A DNA stretch of 64,000 nt, from positions 10,540,001 through 10,604,000 of the forward strand of contig NC_043018.1 of NCBI RefSeq assembly GCF_006345805.1, in the 5' to 3' direction. The notes below the pieces were generated by a model. That model was not told where the DNA came from. It made no database searches and saw only the letters and a program-made list of their open reading frames with translations. Position 1 is the first letter of the stretch. Every line of letters starts with the position of its first letter. Shown piece by piece: positions 23,580 to 36,654 of this stretch. The DNA is from Octopus sinensis (lineage: Eukaryota). A program made the position numbers and the translations under genes.

Positions 23580-23971
23580 CCCACACCTTCCACTTTTCTG
23601 GAGTGTAAATGACTCGGGAAAAGAAAATACGGAAATGGCTTTTAAAAGGAATAAAAGAGAAATATTTTGCGTTATGGAACAGCTGAGCTTCCATACACGA
23701 TAATGTAGTAAACGTTTGTAAACAATAAAGTTATTGTGGAGGGAAGATACGATAGTGGTGGTGGTGGTGGTGGTGGTGGTGGGGTGGGTGGGGGTATGGT
23801 GTATACGGTACCTTCCCAATTGGGCTGAAATATGTTAATGAGCAGTTGCATACATACACACACACATACATACATATATATATATACACATACACACATT
23901 CACATACATACATACATACATACATACACACACACATACAAACATGCTTGCATGCATGCATACATATATAC

Positions 23972-24006
<35 letters not shown>

Positions 24007-24720
24007 CACACATGCACACATTCACATACATACATATAAACACATACATACATACAAACATTCATACATACATACATAATACATACATACATATATATAT
24101 ATACACATACAAACATACATACATACATTTATACATATATTCATACATACATGTATGCATACACACATACGTACATATCCACTTATATAAGTATATATAA
24201 AATATATACATATGTTCGCATACACGCACCCAAACACACACAAGCACACACCCAGAAGACTTCGTTTTCTGTTTGCATGTGTGATATATATATATATATG
24301 TAAGTATGTGTGCGTGTGTGTGTGTATATATACACACACATATGCACATACTCTTCCCCCCTCTTCCTCCCCCTCTCTCCCACTCTCTCTCTCTCTCTTT
24401 CTCTCGATATGTGTTCCCAGCTATTGCTACCAGCTATTGATGTTGTCGTTCAATGCCCCATCCACGCCCTCCACCACATGTCCCCCCCGCTCCCAGTAGA
24501 TGCATGCACGTGCGCACACACACACATATATATATACATGCGCACGCGCACACACACCAGGATCTCGGCCATCATTGTGCAGACTGCAATCACGACTTCT
24601 TTTCACCAACCACCACCACCACCACCAACACCACTCCCACCACCCTCACCAAAACCACCGCCACCACCATTGCCGCAACCATCACCACCACCACCAACAC
24701 CACTCCCACCACCCTCACTC
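22320..24720. repeat. Compound microsatellite block with a 100-N assembly gap
   Basis: (CA), (TA), (TATG), (GGT), (GAT), (GAG), (ACC), (AAC) tracts; N run at 22953-23052. Confidence 0.95.
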
Positions 24721-25014
24721 ATTATGTACACATTATGTACCAAATACTACTTTATCCTACACAAAAAATGCAGTTTTTGACCCAAAGTCAAGTGACTCCA
24801 TTAGAAGCTCTCCATTGATTGAAGTAGTTAAACCTATCATGTTCCTTGCTTTCATAACTTCCTGTCGCATGGGTCACATGGGTGTTCTTTGAAGGGCTTT
24901 GTCATTCTGTCGTCTGACCAAATTCCAAACAGTGGAATCATTGTCCTCTCGTGGCACACTGACCCCTTTCTATATTTCCCTAATCTCTCAACTGAAAGGC
25001 AATATTTTCAAATT

Positions 25015-25366
25015 ATGTAACACACTGCCTAAATACCAGTCTTGAGAAATTAGGCTTCTCAAGACCAGAAAGGAGAAAGCTAATTTGAAGACTACAGATC
25101 CAAGCCATCACAGGAATGGTAAAGATCTGTAAAACTTTCCAGAAATTTAGTATTTAAGTATATATGAGCATGTCTGGATATGCAAGTATATGGATGAGAA
25201 GACATACATAAAACAAAGCGTACAAATCTGCATGTATACATATATACGTACAAAAATACCTTGTTGTTGATATTGGAATTCCAATGAAGGATCCTTGGAT
25301 CTAGGTTAGAAACCAGCCCTTCTTCTGTGGAAAAGAAATTTTGAAATAAAACTGAATAATGACGTA
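25015..25366 (+). mobile_element. Restriction-like-endonuclease LINE (R4/Dong-like) 3' end
   Basis: YVTHCLNTSLEKLGFSRPERRKLI*RLQIQAITGMVKICKTFQKFSI* plus 3' UTR; inverted copy at 27686-28032. Confidence 0.7.
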
Positions 25367-25868
25367 CATGGCTGTGCGGTTAAGAAGTTTGCTTCACAAT
25401 CACATGGTTACAAGTTCAATCCCACTTCGTGACACCTCAAGGCAAGTGTCATCTACTATAGCCCCACGTAGGCCAAAAGCTTTGTTAGTGGATTTAGTGA
25501 ATGGAAACTGAAAGAAGCCCATCATGTGGTGGTGGGGGGGTCTCTTTCTCTTTTATAATTTTGTATCAATTTTGACTGGCCACCAGCTGGATAGCAAGGT
25601 TGGGAAGGGAAATACCTTGTTTTGTTTATCATCTTCTAATTCTTAAAAAGGTCATGCAAACTGTATGTATATATGTATGTGTGTATATATGTATGTGTGT
25701 GTGAGTGTGTGTGTGTATGGGTGAGAGTATGTATATATGTATGTGTGTGTGAGTGTGTGTGTGTATGGGTGAGAGTATGTATATATGTATGTGTGTGTGT
25801 ATGGGTGAGTGTGTGTGTGTATAAATCTTCCTGTAAGGAAGGAGTTGCTTTCTAACAAATATACAAAT

Positions 25869-26016
25869 GTATGTATGTATGTTTGTATGTATGTATGTAT
25901 GTATGTATGTATGTATGTATGTATGTATGTATGTATGTATGTATGTGTGTGTGTGTATGTATGTATGTATGTATGTATGTATGTTTGTATATATCTATGT
26001 ATGTCTGTATGCATGC

Positions 26017-26049
<33 letters not shown>

Positions 26050-26545
26050 TGTATGTATGTATGTATGTATGTATGTATGTATGCATGTATGTATGCATGC
26101 ATATATGTATGTATGTCTGTATGTATGTATGTATGTCTGTATGTATGTATGTATGCGTGTATGTATGTATGTATGTATGTATGCATGTATGCATGTATGT
26201 ATGTATGTATGTATGTATGTATGTGTGTGTGTGTATGTATGTATGTATGTATGTATGTATGTATGTATGTATGTATGTATGTATGTATGCATGTATGTAT
26301 GTATGTCTGTATGTATGTATGTATGCGTGTATGTATGTATGTATGCATGTATGTGTGTATGTATGTATGTATGTATTATGTATGTATGTATGTATGTATG
26401 TATGTATGTATGTATGTATGTATTATGTATGTATGCGTGTATGCATGTATGTCTGTATGTATGTATGTATGCGTGTATGTATGTATGTATGCATGTATGT
26501 GTGTATGTATGTATGTATGTTTGTATGTATGTATGTATGTGTGTG

Positions 26546-26577
<32 letters not shown>

Positions 26578-27685
26578 TGCATGTATGCATGTATGCATGT
26601 ATGCATGTATGTATGTATGTATGTATGTATGTATGTGTGTGTGTATGTATGTATGTATGTATGTATGTATGTATGTATGTATGTATGTATGTGTGTGTAT
26701 GTATGTATGTATGTATGTATGTATGTAGGTATGTATGTATGTCTGTATGTATGTGTGTGTGTATGTATGTATGTATGTATGTATGTATGTAGGTATGTAT
26801 GTATGTCTGTATGTATGTGTGTGTATGTATGTATGTATGTATGTATGTATGTATGTATGTATGTATGTATGTGTGTGTGTATGTATGTATGTATGTATGT
26901 ATGTATGTATGTATGTATGTATGTATGTATGTATGTGTGTGTGTATGTATGTATGTATGTATGTATGTATGTATGTATGTGTGTGTGTATGTATGTATGT
27001 ATGTATGTATGTATGTATGTATGTATGTATGTATGTATGTATGTATGTATGTATGTGTGTGTGTATGTATGTATGTATGTATGTATGTATGTATGTATGT
27101 ATGTATGTATGTATGTATGTGTGTGTGTATGTATGTATGTATGTATGTATGTATGTGTGTGTGTATGTATGTATGTATGTATGTATGGTATGTATGTATG
27201 TATGTATGTATGTATGTATGTATGTATGTATGTGTGTGTATGTATGTATGTATGTATGTATGTATGTAGGTATGTATGTATGTATGTATGTATGTGTGTA
27301 TGTATGTATGTATGCATGTATGCATGTATGCATGTATGCATGTATGTATGTATGTATGTATGTATGTGTGTGTGTATGTATGTATGTATGTATGTATGTA
27401 TGTAGGTATGTATGTATGTATGTATGTATGTATGTGTGTGTGTATGTATGTATGTATGTATGTATGTATGTATGTATGTATGTAGGTATGTATGTATGTA
27501 TGTATGTATGTATGTGTGTATGTATGTATGTATGCATGTATGCATGTATGCATGTATGTATGTATGTATGTATGTATGTATGTATGTATGTGTGTGTGTA
27601 TGTATGTATGTATGTATGTATGTATGTATGTATGTATGTATGTATGTATGCATGCATATATGTATGTATGTGTGTCTGTATGTAT
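25869..27685. repeat. 1.8-kb (TATG)n microsatellite
   Basis: Direct reading; interspersed TG and TGCA variants. Confidence 0.97.
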
Positions 27686-28712
27686 GTCATTATTCAGTTT
27701 TATTTCAAAATTTCTTTTCCACAGAAGAAGAACTGGTTTCTAACCTAGATCCAAGGATCCTTCATTGGAATTCCAATATCAACAACAAGGTATTTTTGTA
27801 CGTATATATGTATAAATGCAGATTTGTATGCTTTGTTTTATGCCTTCTCATGCACATACTTGCATATCCAGACATGCTCATATATACTTAAATACTAAAT
27901 TTCTGGAAAGTTTTACAGATCTTTACCATTCCTGTGATGGCTTGGATCTGTAGTCTTCAAATTAGCTTTCTCCTTTCTGGTCTTGAGAAGCCTAATTTCT
28001 CAAGATTGGTATTTAAGCAGTGTGTTACATATCCCAGTACCCCAATAATTACAGGTATAAACCTAGACTTGTAATCTGTAGCTGTAGATTCCTCAATAGT
28101 ATTTTTCCATGTATGTGTATGTGCAGTATTTGGAGTCAGTGCATGTGCAGATTTGCATGTTGCATTTTACGCATGTATTCTCATGCATATAGTTAGTTGC
28201 ATGTCTAGACATGCTCTTATATACTGAAATGATAAACTTCTGGAAACTTTCTTACAAATTTTTGCAGTTCCAGTGATGGCTTGAATCCGTAGTCTTTGAA
28301 CTAGCTTTCTCTTTTCTAGTTTTCAGAAGCCTAATTTCTCAAGATTGGTATTTAAGCAGTGTGTTATATATCCCAGTACCCCAATAATTACAGGTATAAA
28401 CCTAGACTTGTAATCTGAATAGAGTAGTGTAGCTGTAGATTCCTCAATAGTTCAATGTAGATGTTTTCTTTTCCGCTGATCTTTAACTTTATGCTAACCT
28501 CTGCTGGGCAGGTAATTTCTACAATTGTACACAGTTTCTCTTCTCTTTCCCAAATTACAATGTCAGGTCTTTTCTTTCTGTATGTAAACATGAATGTATG
28601 TAAGTCATTATTCAGTTCAAAATTGTTTGCCAATAGAGAAAGAGCCAGTTTCTAACCTAGATCCAAGGCTCCTTCACTGGAATTTCGGCATCAACAACAG
28701 GGTAGTTTTGTA
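27686..28712 (-). mobile_element. Tandem 3' fragments of a restriction-like-endonuclease LINE
   Basis: RPDIVIWEREEKLCTIVEITCPAEVSIKLKISGKENIY (PD..E-type RLE motif) and PVIIGVLG; at least three head-to-tail fragments, two ending at CATA-type tails (27686, 28604). Confidence 0.75.
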
Positions 28713-28992
28713 TGTATGTATGTAACAAGAGAGGGTTAAAAGTCAAAGAACTGAGAGTAGACAGTTCTAGTCAGTGTCTTGTGGAGCTATCAACAATAGT
28801 AAAACAGAAGAAGGAAAGACTTCCGCCTCCCCACCCCACTCCATTTTCTCCCAAATTTGTTAATTTTTTTAATTTCTTTTGCCAAAAATCCCCATTTTTG
28901 GATACGGAGGTTCTGGAAAATTTCCAAAAATCGGCATTTGAAATTTTGCCCCCTTTCCCCCACCAACTTCTATTTTGACTTTTTCCTCCAAC

Positions 28993-29085
28993 ACTAACCC
29001 TAAAACCCTAACCCTAACCTTAAAACCCTAAGCCTAACCCTAACCCTTAAACCCTAACCCTAAGACCCTAACCCTAACCCTAAAA
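28993..29085. repeat. Degenerate telomere-like (CCCTAA)n tract
   Basis: About 14 imperfect CCCTAA units. Confidence 0.8.
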
Positions 29086-29099
29086 CTTTAATGGATGTG

Positions 29100-31350
29100 A
29101 TGTTAAGTGATTGTGATTTTGCCATCTCATACCTTGATGCCATTTTGATAAAAAGCGAGTCTTGGGTGCAACTCATTGAACACATATGTTCAAGAGAATA
29201 AGAGAATATGAGCTAAAACTGACAGAAGAAAAATGCAAATTTTTGATGGAAAATATCAAATAATTGACAAAGGTGGATGCAGACCAGACCCACCAAGGGC
29301 GACAGCAATACAAAATATGCCGCCCCCGATGAATATGACAATGCTACAAGCATTTCTAGGCTTGGCAAACTATTACCAAGTGTTTATCCCAAATATACAT
29401 AAGGTAAAGGCACCACTTAATGAATCACTAAAAGAAAATGCCAAATGGGTTTGGACAGAGAAATGCCAGAAAGCATTTAACAAGTTAAAAGTTGTGTTAG
29501 CTTCAGACTTGTCTCTTATACATTTCAATCCAAAGTTAGAGATGATACTAGCTACAGATGCTAGTGAGTATGGGATAGGAGCTGTGCTCCTACACACGGA
29601 TAATGATGGTAGGAGAAAGGCCATAGCTCACACATCAAGGACATTATTGCTGGGGGAAAAGGGCCATAGCCAGATTGAAAAAGAAGCATTGGCTATTATA
29701 TTTGGCATGAAAATGTTCTACAGGTTCATCACAGCAGACGTTTTGGGGTGCAAATGGACCATAGACCTCCAGTAATGATAGACAGATCCAAGGAAGGAAT
29801 TCCAACACATATGGCAAACAGACTGCAGCAATAGGGTACCATTCTATTGAACTATGATTATAGAAGGGAATATCTGCCTTCAAACCAGGGTTCTGCGGAA
29901 TCTTAGGGTTCCGCCAGTACAGTCCAGGGGTTCCACAAGAAGTTACAAAACTGCTAAAATCGGCAGTAATTTTTAATTCTCCTGTGCAGATATGTGTGCA
30001 TAAGACTATTAAATTATTGCACTGGGGTTCCTCGAGCCAGTGGAATGTTTCCTTGGGGTTCCGCTCCAGCAAAAATGTTGAAAAGCACTGGTCTAGGTTA
30101 ATTCCAAGAAATAAAAACTGCTGGAGGAGACCATAATAGCAGCACTAAGAACTGAAGCAGAAGCAAAATGATGTGGAACATTATGCATGAATGACCAGTA
30201 ACTTTGGAAGAAATAGAAAGAAATGTGAGAGATGACAAATTTATTAATGAGACGAAAAGAAATCTGTGGTCAACTAAAGGGATTAAAGAAGGGTCTGATG
30301 CAAAGAACCGCCAAGATGTGAGCATGTACTCGATATGTGATGGTGTACTAATGGACGCTCAGAAGGTGGTCATACCACAGACATTACAGAAGGGAATACT
30401 AAAAAAGTTTCAGGTGGGACACCCAGGTATCTCTGGAATGAAAGAGCTGATGCGAAGTTTCGTATACTGGCCAAGGAAGTTAAAAACCTGGTAAAAGACG
30501 GCAGAGAATGTGTGCTGGCAGTGAAACTACCTACTGCAAAATGTGAACCTTGGCCGGAAGGAAAAAAAACTATGATCCTGATTACATATCAATTTTGCAG
30601 GCCCAGCAAATGGATATTATTACTTAATAGTAGTGGACAGCTACACAAAATGGCCTGAGGTCGCAAGGTGTAAATGACCAACCTCGAGCTGTTTGCAAGA
30701 TTTGGTGTACCGAATATAATTGTCTCTGATAATGGAACACAGTCTGTATCCTGTAAGTTTAAAAAATTCTGTGAGATGTTTACATTAGAACATAAAACTG
30801 AATCACCCTAGCACTGAAGTGAAGGGCCAAATGGTTCATGGACACTTTTAAGAGAGCTTTAAAGAAGCTAATAAGGAAGCCACGGATGAGATTACGATCC
30901 AACAATTCTTGAGGGTGTACAGGGTAACTTTGAACCCAAATGCGCCAGAAGGAAGTTCCCCAGCAGAATTAATATTTGCCAGAAAGGTGATAAACTATTA
31001 CCAGTGAAGAAAAAATATGTGCTAATAAAGACATGCCAAAATTCTTTAGAATTGATGATAAGGTATATGTAAGAATGTACAAAAATGGTAAGCAATCCTG
31101 GGAAGAAGGAGAAATTATAACACACATAGGAAGAATGATGTATGGTGTAAGAAGTAGAATGGAAAGGAGACATAGAAATCAGCTTAAGGAAAGAGTCATA
31201 GAAAAGGGACCAACAAGAGTAGAAATACCGAAGGATTGACTATAGGACACTTTTCAGGTTCCAACACCATTACAAGAAGTCAAAACCACACGTACAAAGA
31301 AAAGGAAGAACACTAAATTCCTAAAAGTAGACTCTAAGAAGAAAAGATAT
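29100..31350 (+). pseudogene. Ty3/Gypsy pol relic (RT C-terminus, RNase H, integrase)
   Basis: YLDAILI, QAFLGLANYY, LATDASEYGIGAVL, SQIEKEALAIIFG, HPGISGMK, VVVDSYTKWPEV, IVSDNGTQ; many stops and frameshifts; no LTR recognised. Confidence 0.9.
29882..30090 (-). mobile_element. hAT MITE (second copy of 21598-21816) inserted in Gypsy pol
   Basis: Reverse complement of the 21598 element; one TIR lost. Confidence 0.85.
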
Positions 31351-31560
31351 TGAGTATATAAAAATAGAGGCATCAGCAAGGAATTCCATCATGTCTGGCA
31401 AGTGGATCACCAAACCATAATTCTTTGGATTTTGGTATATTTCCTGTAATCCAAAATTCTTTGGATTCTAGATTTCCTGTAATCCAAAATTCTTTGGATT
31501 GTATATTTCCTGTAAGATTACATGATAAAAATGTGTGCTGACAAAGCTCTTTCTCTAATT

Positions 31561-31820
31561 CTGTGGTTCTCAACCATTATTTTGCCCCTATGAACCCTTT
31601 TGATTTCTGTTTTACTCTACTGGAACCTTCATACCCATCCAATGTTCAAAAAAGAATCCTATTATATTCTCATAATTAAATATTAGGAACTGTATTCAAA
31701 AAATTGTTTAACTATTTTGTGTATTGTGGAAGTGTAGCTAATCCATTGCACATAAATTTTAACCGCAAAATCGTATATGGACCTCACAAGGGTCATGTGA
31801 GTCCCAGTTGAGAACCGTTG
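31561..31820. mobile_element. Old hAT-type MITE
   Basis: CTGTGGTTCTCAACC ... AGTTGAGAACCGTTG imperfect TIRs; TSD degraded. Confidence 0.55.
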
Positions 31821-33181
31821 CTTTAACCTGTACTATCAACTCTGGTGCCCCCAAAATTCACTTTCGTCCCCACACACACTTCCTCTTATACACCAACACC
31901 TGTTTGCTATCACATCAAACAATACACCTGACCCCTATGCAAATAATATCATCTTTCCTTCTTCCTTAACCTTTGGCCCCACATACATGATCCATGTGTG
32001 ATCTTGACACCTCAAGCCATGTTATTGAGAAACAGGGAACAAGTGAGAGTCAGCTATAAATTCAGCAAGTAGGTGTCCTTCGGGGTTCAGTGCCCAACCC
32101 CTTGCTGTTTATTACAGCCCTCTGGAAGACAGTGAGTTGGCAAAATCATTAGCCCACAGGGCAAAATCTTTAGCCCACAGGTCAAAATGCATGGTTGCAT
32201 TTCCACCAGCTCTCTCCATTCTGAGCCCAAATGAGGCAAAGGGTCGACTTTACCTGTTCTACTTTCAGGGTTGATGAAATAAGTACCAACTGAACTCTGG
32301 AGTCAAAGCAATCAACTTCCCCTTCCCTTTAAAATTGCCAAATTTAGAAAGAATTATTGCTCTCCAGAAGAGTTTAAGACTGGCCGTGCATCGGAACTCT
32401 TGTAATGTTGGTCACCAAGTTCTTCCTGCAGTTGAATCTGTTCATTTGTATAAAATCAGATTTACTCTCAGAGAATTAATTAATTAATTAACAGCAGTAT
32501 TTATTAGTGTTTATTTTAGGAGTAGACTCTCGAGATTAAATTAATATTAGAAACAGAAAGAGGAAATTCAAATGAAAATATAATTAAGTCTATAATTACA
32601 AATAATTATGGAGAAATCAAATATTTTACTTTTCAATTTTTCTTTCCTGTTCTGTAGTTTTGTTGACTTTTATCGTTTGTTTGTTTCAGTCATTGGTCTG
32701 CAACCATTCTGGAGCACCTCCTTGAAGTGTTTTGTCAAATTGGGCCCAGGACTTCTTTCCCTTTTTCTCAAGACTGCAGTCCAATGACTGAAACAAGTAA
32801 AAGATAAAAGATGTATTGCATAACATTTACGGTAATAGTTTTTTGCTAAAAATAGGTATTACAAACTATTAATATGATTAATAGGTAAATATGATTAGTA
32901 GGTGAATAAGGAGAATCCCTATGTTATTTTAGCAAACAAATATGTGTCTGAGTAAAATAAATGAGTTGACCGGTAATTCCAGAGAAGCGGGGGGTTATCT
33001 CCAGTTTTGTCCTGTTTTGTTTCCTGTTCACTTCCTATCTTTATGCCCAACCTTTCATTTATTGTAACAGTTTATTGCTAAAAATAGGTATTACAAGCTA
33101 TTAATTCGATTAGTAGGTGAATAAGGAGTGTCTCTGTATTATTTTGACAAGCGAATATGTATCTGAGTAAAATGAATTAGA

Positions 33182-33512
33182 CTAGCACTATGACCCGGCA
33201 TATACAGCTGCATGCATGCGCACATACACACGAGTACTGTCCAAATCTCCGACCAATCACATACAGCTAGCTGGCATTCAATTGGCGTATCAAGTTTCAG
33301 GCATTTTGATTGGGTTTTGGATAGAAAATTCACAAAAAAGTAATTTCTATTGATTTTTTAATGGCTTTGCGGGGTAACTGGGGAAATGTAAAGATGTGCA
33401 CGACCACCCTTGGACGGTTTTGAATGACCATAGAAAGTGCAAGCCCTCTAACTGAAAGATTGTGGATTTTTATAAAGGACACACACGCAGACATTTTGCC
33501 ATTTATATATAT
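33182..33512 (-). mobile_element. Non-autonomous Helitron
   Basis: CTAG|T end at 33182-33185; TATATATAAATGGC...GTCTGCGTGTG head abutting the next Helitron. Confidence 0.55.
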
Positions 33513-33513
33513 A

Positions 33514-33908
33514 CTAGCAGTATCGCCCGGCGTTGCTCGGGTTGTAAGGGAAATAACTATATAAGCATTTTTAGAGAGTTATAGCCAAAAAATAGCAAAA
33601 AAATGCATTAAAAATTGAAAAAAAATTAAGGTAAATTTTTTTTTTAAATCGTTGACACATCGTAGATATTTTTAGAGAGTTACTTCCCTTATATAAAAGC
33701 GAAAAAATGCATTAAAATGGAAAAATATGATGGTAAATTTTGTTTAAATCGTAGACTCATCGTAGACGTGCGCTAATACACAGAAGGGCTCGATATGAAT
33801 CACGACTATAAGATACCCGCTTTTGGTTAAACTGCACCGCAAAATGTGGGAGTAGTTACGAATCTAAATCGTAGGAGACAGACACACAACTTCACTCTTA
33901 TATAAAGA
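33514..33908 (-). mobile_element. Non-autonomous Helitron, complete
   Basis: A|TC 5' end (33908), subterminal hairpin CCCGAGCAACGCCGGG, CTAG|T 3' end (33514). Confidence 0.88.
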
Positions 33909-33909
33909 T

Positions 33910-34233
33910 GCTTTTTTTTTTCAGTCATAGAGTTAGATTTATGAAGGTCTTCAGTAGAAAATCCTTCGAATTCTGACTCGCTGCTTGATATAATGAAATT
34001 CGTATCCATTTTTTGTCAGAATTACAAATTTTGAAAACACAATAGGAACAAATTTCGGAAAAAAATCTCCCATAATTCACGGAATTAAAATTACACTTCG
34101 ATTTTTGTACAAAACTGTATTTGAAGTGTTTACGAAGTATAATACGTGTTTTCACGAATGTACTAAAGAGATTTACTCTGATATTCTCATTTAAATATGA
34201 ATAGGTAAATTCGGGCGGTTGGTAACGAAAGGG
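33910..34233 (-). mobile_element. piggyBac left end with transposase N-terminus
   Basis: TTAA|CCCTTTCGTTACC terminus; ORF start MDTNFIISSSESEFEGFSTED (acidic, piggyBac-like) cut off at the Helitron junction. Confidence 0.6.
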
Positions 34234-34599
34234 TTAAACGGATGCATACATTTATTAATAACTATATATAAGTGTCGTCTGTTTATACATAAACACTGTT
34301 TCATACTGCAATTATATATACATATATCTATATATAATATTATATAATAAAATATATACAGAGTAAAATAAAACCAATTTACCTTTTCTGTATTGTTATA
34401 GCAATTCCACCGTCCGTGTGTCTTTGCAAATGTGTTGGAATGATAAGTGAGTTGTGTTTTGGCGTCTTTTTTACTAATAACAAACACACACGTGTTTGTA
34501 TGTAGTTGTTTGAAACGTTTGTGTTTGCCACTCTCATATATGTATGTGTATGCGTGTGTGTGAGGAATGACACACACACACTCACGCACGCACACATGT

Positions 34600-35165
34600 A
34601 CATCAATGCTTTCGGAGTGAAATGTTAAAATATTGAGTTTTCTCGAATTTTGTCTAATTGGTGGTAAAATTGAAAGAAATTTTTTATGGCATCACCCACT
34701 GGAAGTACTCTGAAAAATCATGGGTACACTGTAATTGAAGAAATTGTGTGAGGAGTAAATCGTTATGTATTATTTGTTTCTGTTTGCTGTTTTTTTTTTT
34801 TTTAGTAGTGGTTAAGGTACACTTCTCTCGTTTTATCGAATTAGTTTCACTTTAATCGCTGCAAACTTGCAAAGAGAAAGTCGTAGAAATGAGTGATAGC
34901 GTGAGTGAATGAGATCGCTCCCTTTTTGTGTGTGTGCGAGTGCTGTAGCCCACATTAAGAGAAGCATTTGACTCATACACCACAATGTGAGTTTTCTCTA
35001 ATTTTGCTTAATTGGGGTTGAAATTTTAAAAACTGGACCTGGCATGACCCGATGCATTCTACTCTTAAAAATGCTAGGTAAATTGTAATTGAAGAAATCC
35101 TATATTGTAGATTTCTATAAGTGACAAAGGGAGGCAGATAAAATCTGCCTTTTATAATAAGAGAT
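34600..35165 (-). mobile_element. Helitron-like element, 5' portion
   Basis: Minus begins TCTCTTATTATAAAAGGCAGATTTTATCTGCC; internal ~110-bp direct repeat; left boundary uncertain. Confidence 0.4.
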
Positions 35166-35757
35166 AGAGATAAACAGATAGATTTACAAATACATTGACA
35201 AATAGTAGCTGGTGTTGTCACATGTCCTAGCTTATCATGGCTGATTGTGAACATGTGGTACAGCCCTGCATCCCTAGGGGGCCCATTATAGATTTTTATT
35301 GAAATCCAATTCGCCTATAATTCAGTTGGATGTTAGGAACAAATAAACAACAAAATCAGATTGACCATGGAAAATTATTTCAATATAACCAAATTTGAAA
35401 ATTTCGACATAATTTTAAAATCTCACAAAATTTGACAGCAACAGGGAAGACTCTACAAATGCAGAAAGGCAGACAGTTATAGGACATTACACATACACAC
35501 ACACACACACACACATTTACAAGCATACACACAAGTAATCACAAGTTTAAAATGGTGTATAGTAGACATGTATGTATGCATGTGTATATATACATATATA
35601 TATATATGAAATGGTCAAAACTGAAATTCTTTTTTCCCCAAGATCTTAGACCCCCCTTGGAGTAAGCATGCTGTCCAGCAGAGCAAAGAAAATTCTTTTC
35701 TTCTTCTTCCCTCTCCCTTCCCCTCTTTTTCTTTAGCACTCATTCCAAATACAAAAG

Positions 35758-35789
<32 letters not shown>

Positions 35790-36099
35790 CACACAACACA
35801 CACACATGCTCTCTCTCTCTCTCACTTTCTCCTCATCCATCACCTTCTTGTACTGTCTTATATTCCTCCCCACCACTACAAATTCAATAACACTATAAAA
35901 TGGTTAAAACTTTTCACACAGGAACTTAGTTTGATTTGAAAACCCCACTAGAATGGGAGAAGCGCTAATACATGATCTAAGTTATATGATATATAAAAAA
36001 TGTAATATACAAATAAATATCTGTAAATATAAACCATCCGATTTTCTGAGTACCTCATTTCTTCTAATATAAAATACCTGTACATCATCTCCAAACCCT

Positions 36100-36138
<39 letters not shown>

Positions 36139-36159
36139 TATTATGTATATATATATATG

Positions 36160-36617
36160 TATGTATATATAAAAGGTAGGATGTGTGTGTGTGTGTACGT
36201 GAATGTAATTTATGCACATCAACAAATTAGCATGCATGTCGCTCCAATTTTAGGAGGACAATTGTCATGACCCTAGCTGTATTTTCATCAAATTATTTTC
36301 CCCCGAGGCACCAGCGAATAGCGGTAAAAATAAATTTTCGACCATAACTTAACAATTTTCTCAGTGAAGTAATTCACCATTGCTTATACAAACATGAGTT
36401 AAGTCCCCTTCAAGCGACGGTGTAAAGGGAGGGAGGGAGAGGGAGAAAGAGAGAGAGATAACAGATTTTTAAAATTTCATCTTTTTACTGAGTGATTGAC
36501 AGGCAAAAACAGACAGACAGGTGTTGTTATGTATGTATGTATGTGTGAATGGCTTCAGTCGCACACACGAACATGCATGTGTACAAAACACATGTATGCA
36601 ATGTGTGTGTGTTGCCC

Positions 36618-36654
<37 letters not shown>

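Noticed and set aside
22091-27891. Many long ORFs in the track (up to 612 aa, YVCM/HTYI repeats), also near 11.7 kb, 14 kb and 18.5 kb
   Set aside because: They are translations of (TATG)n, (TA)n, (CA)n and (CT)n tracts, which lack stops by construction.
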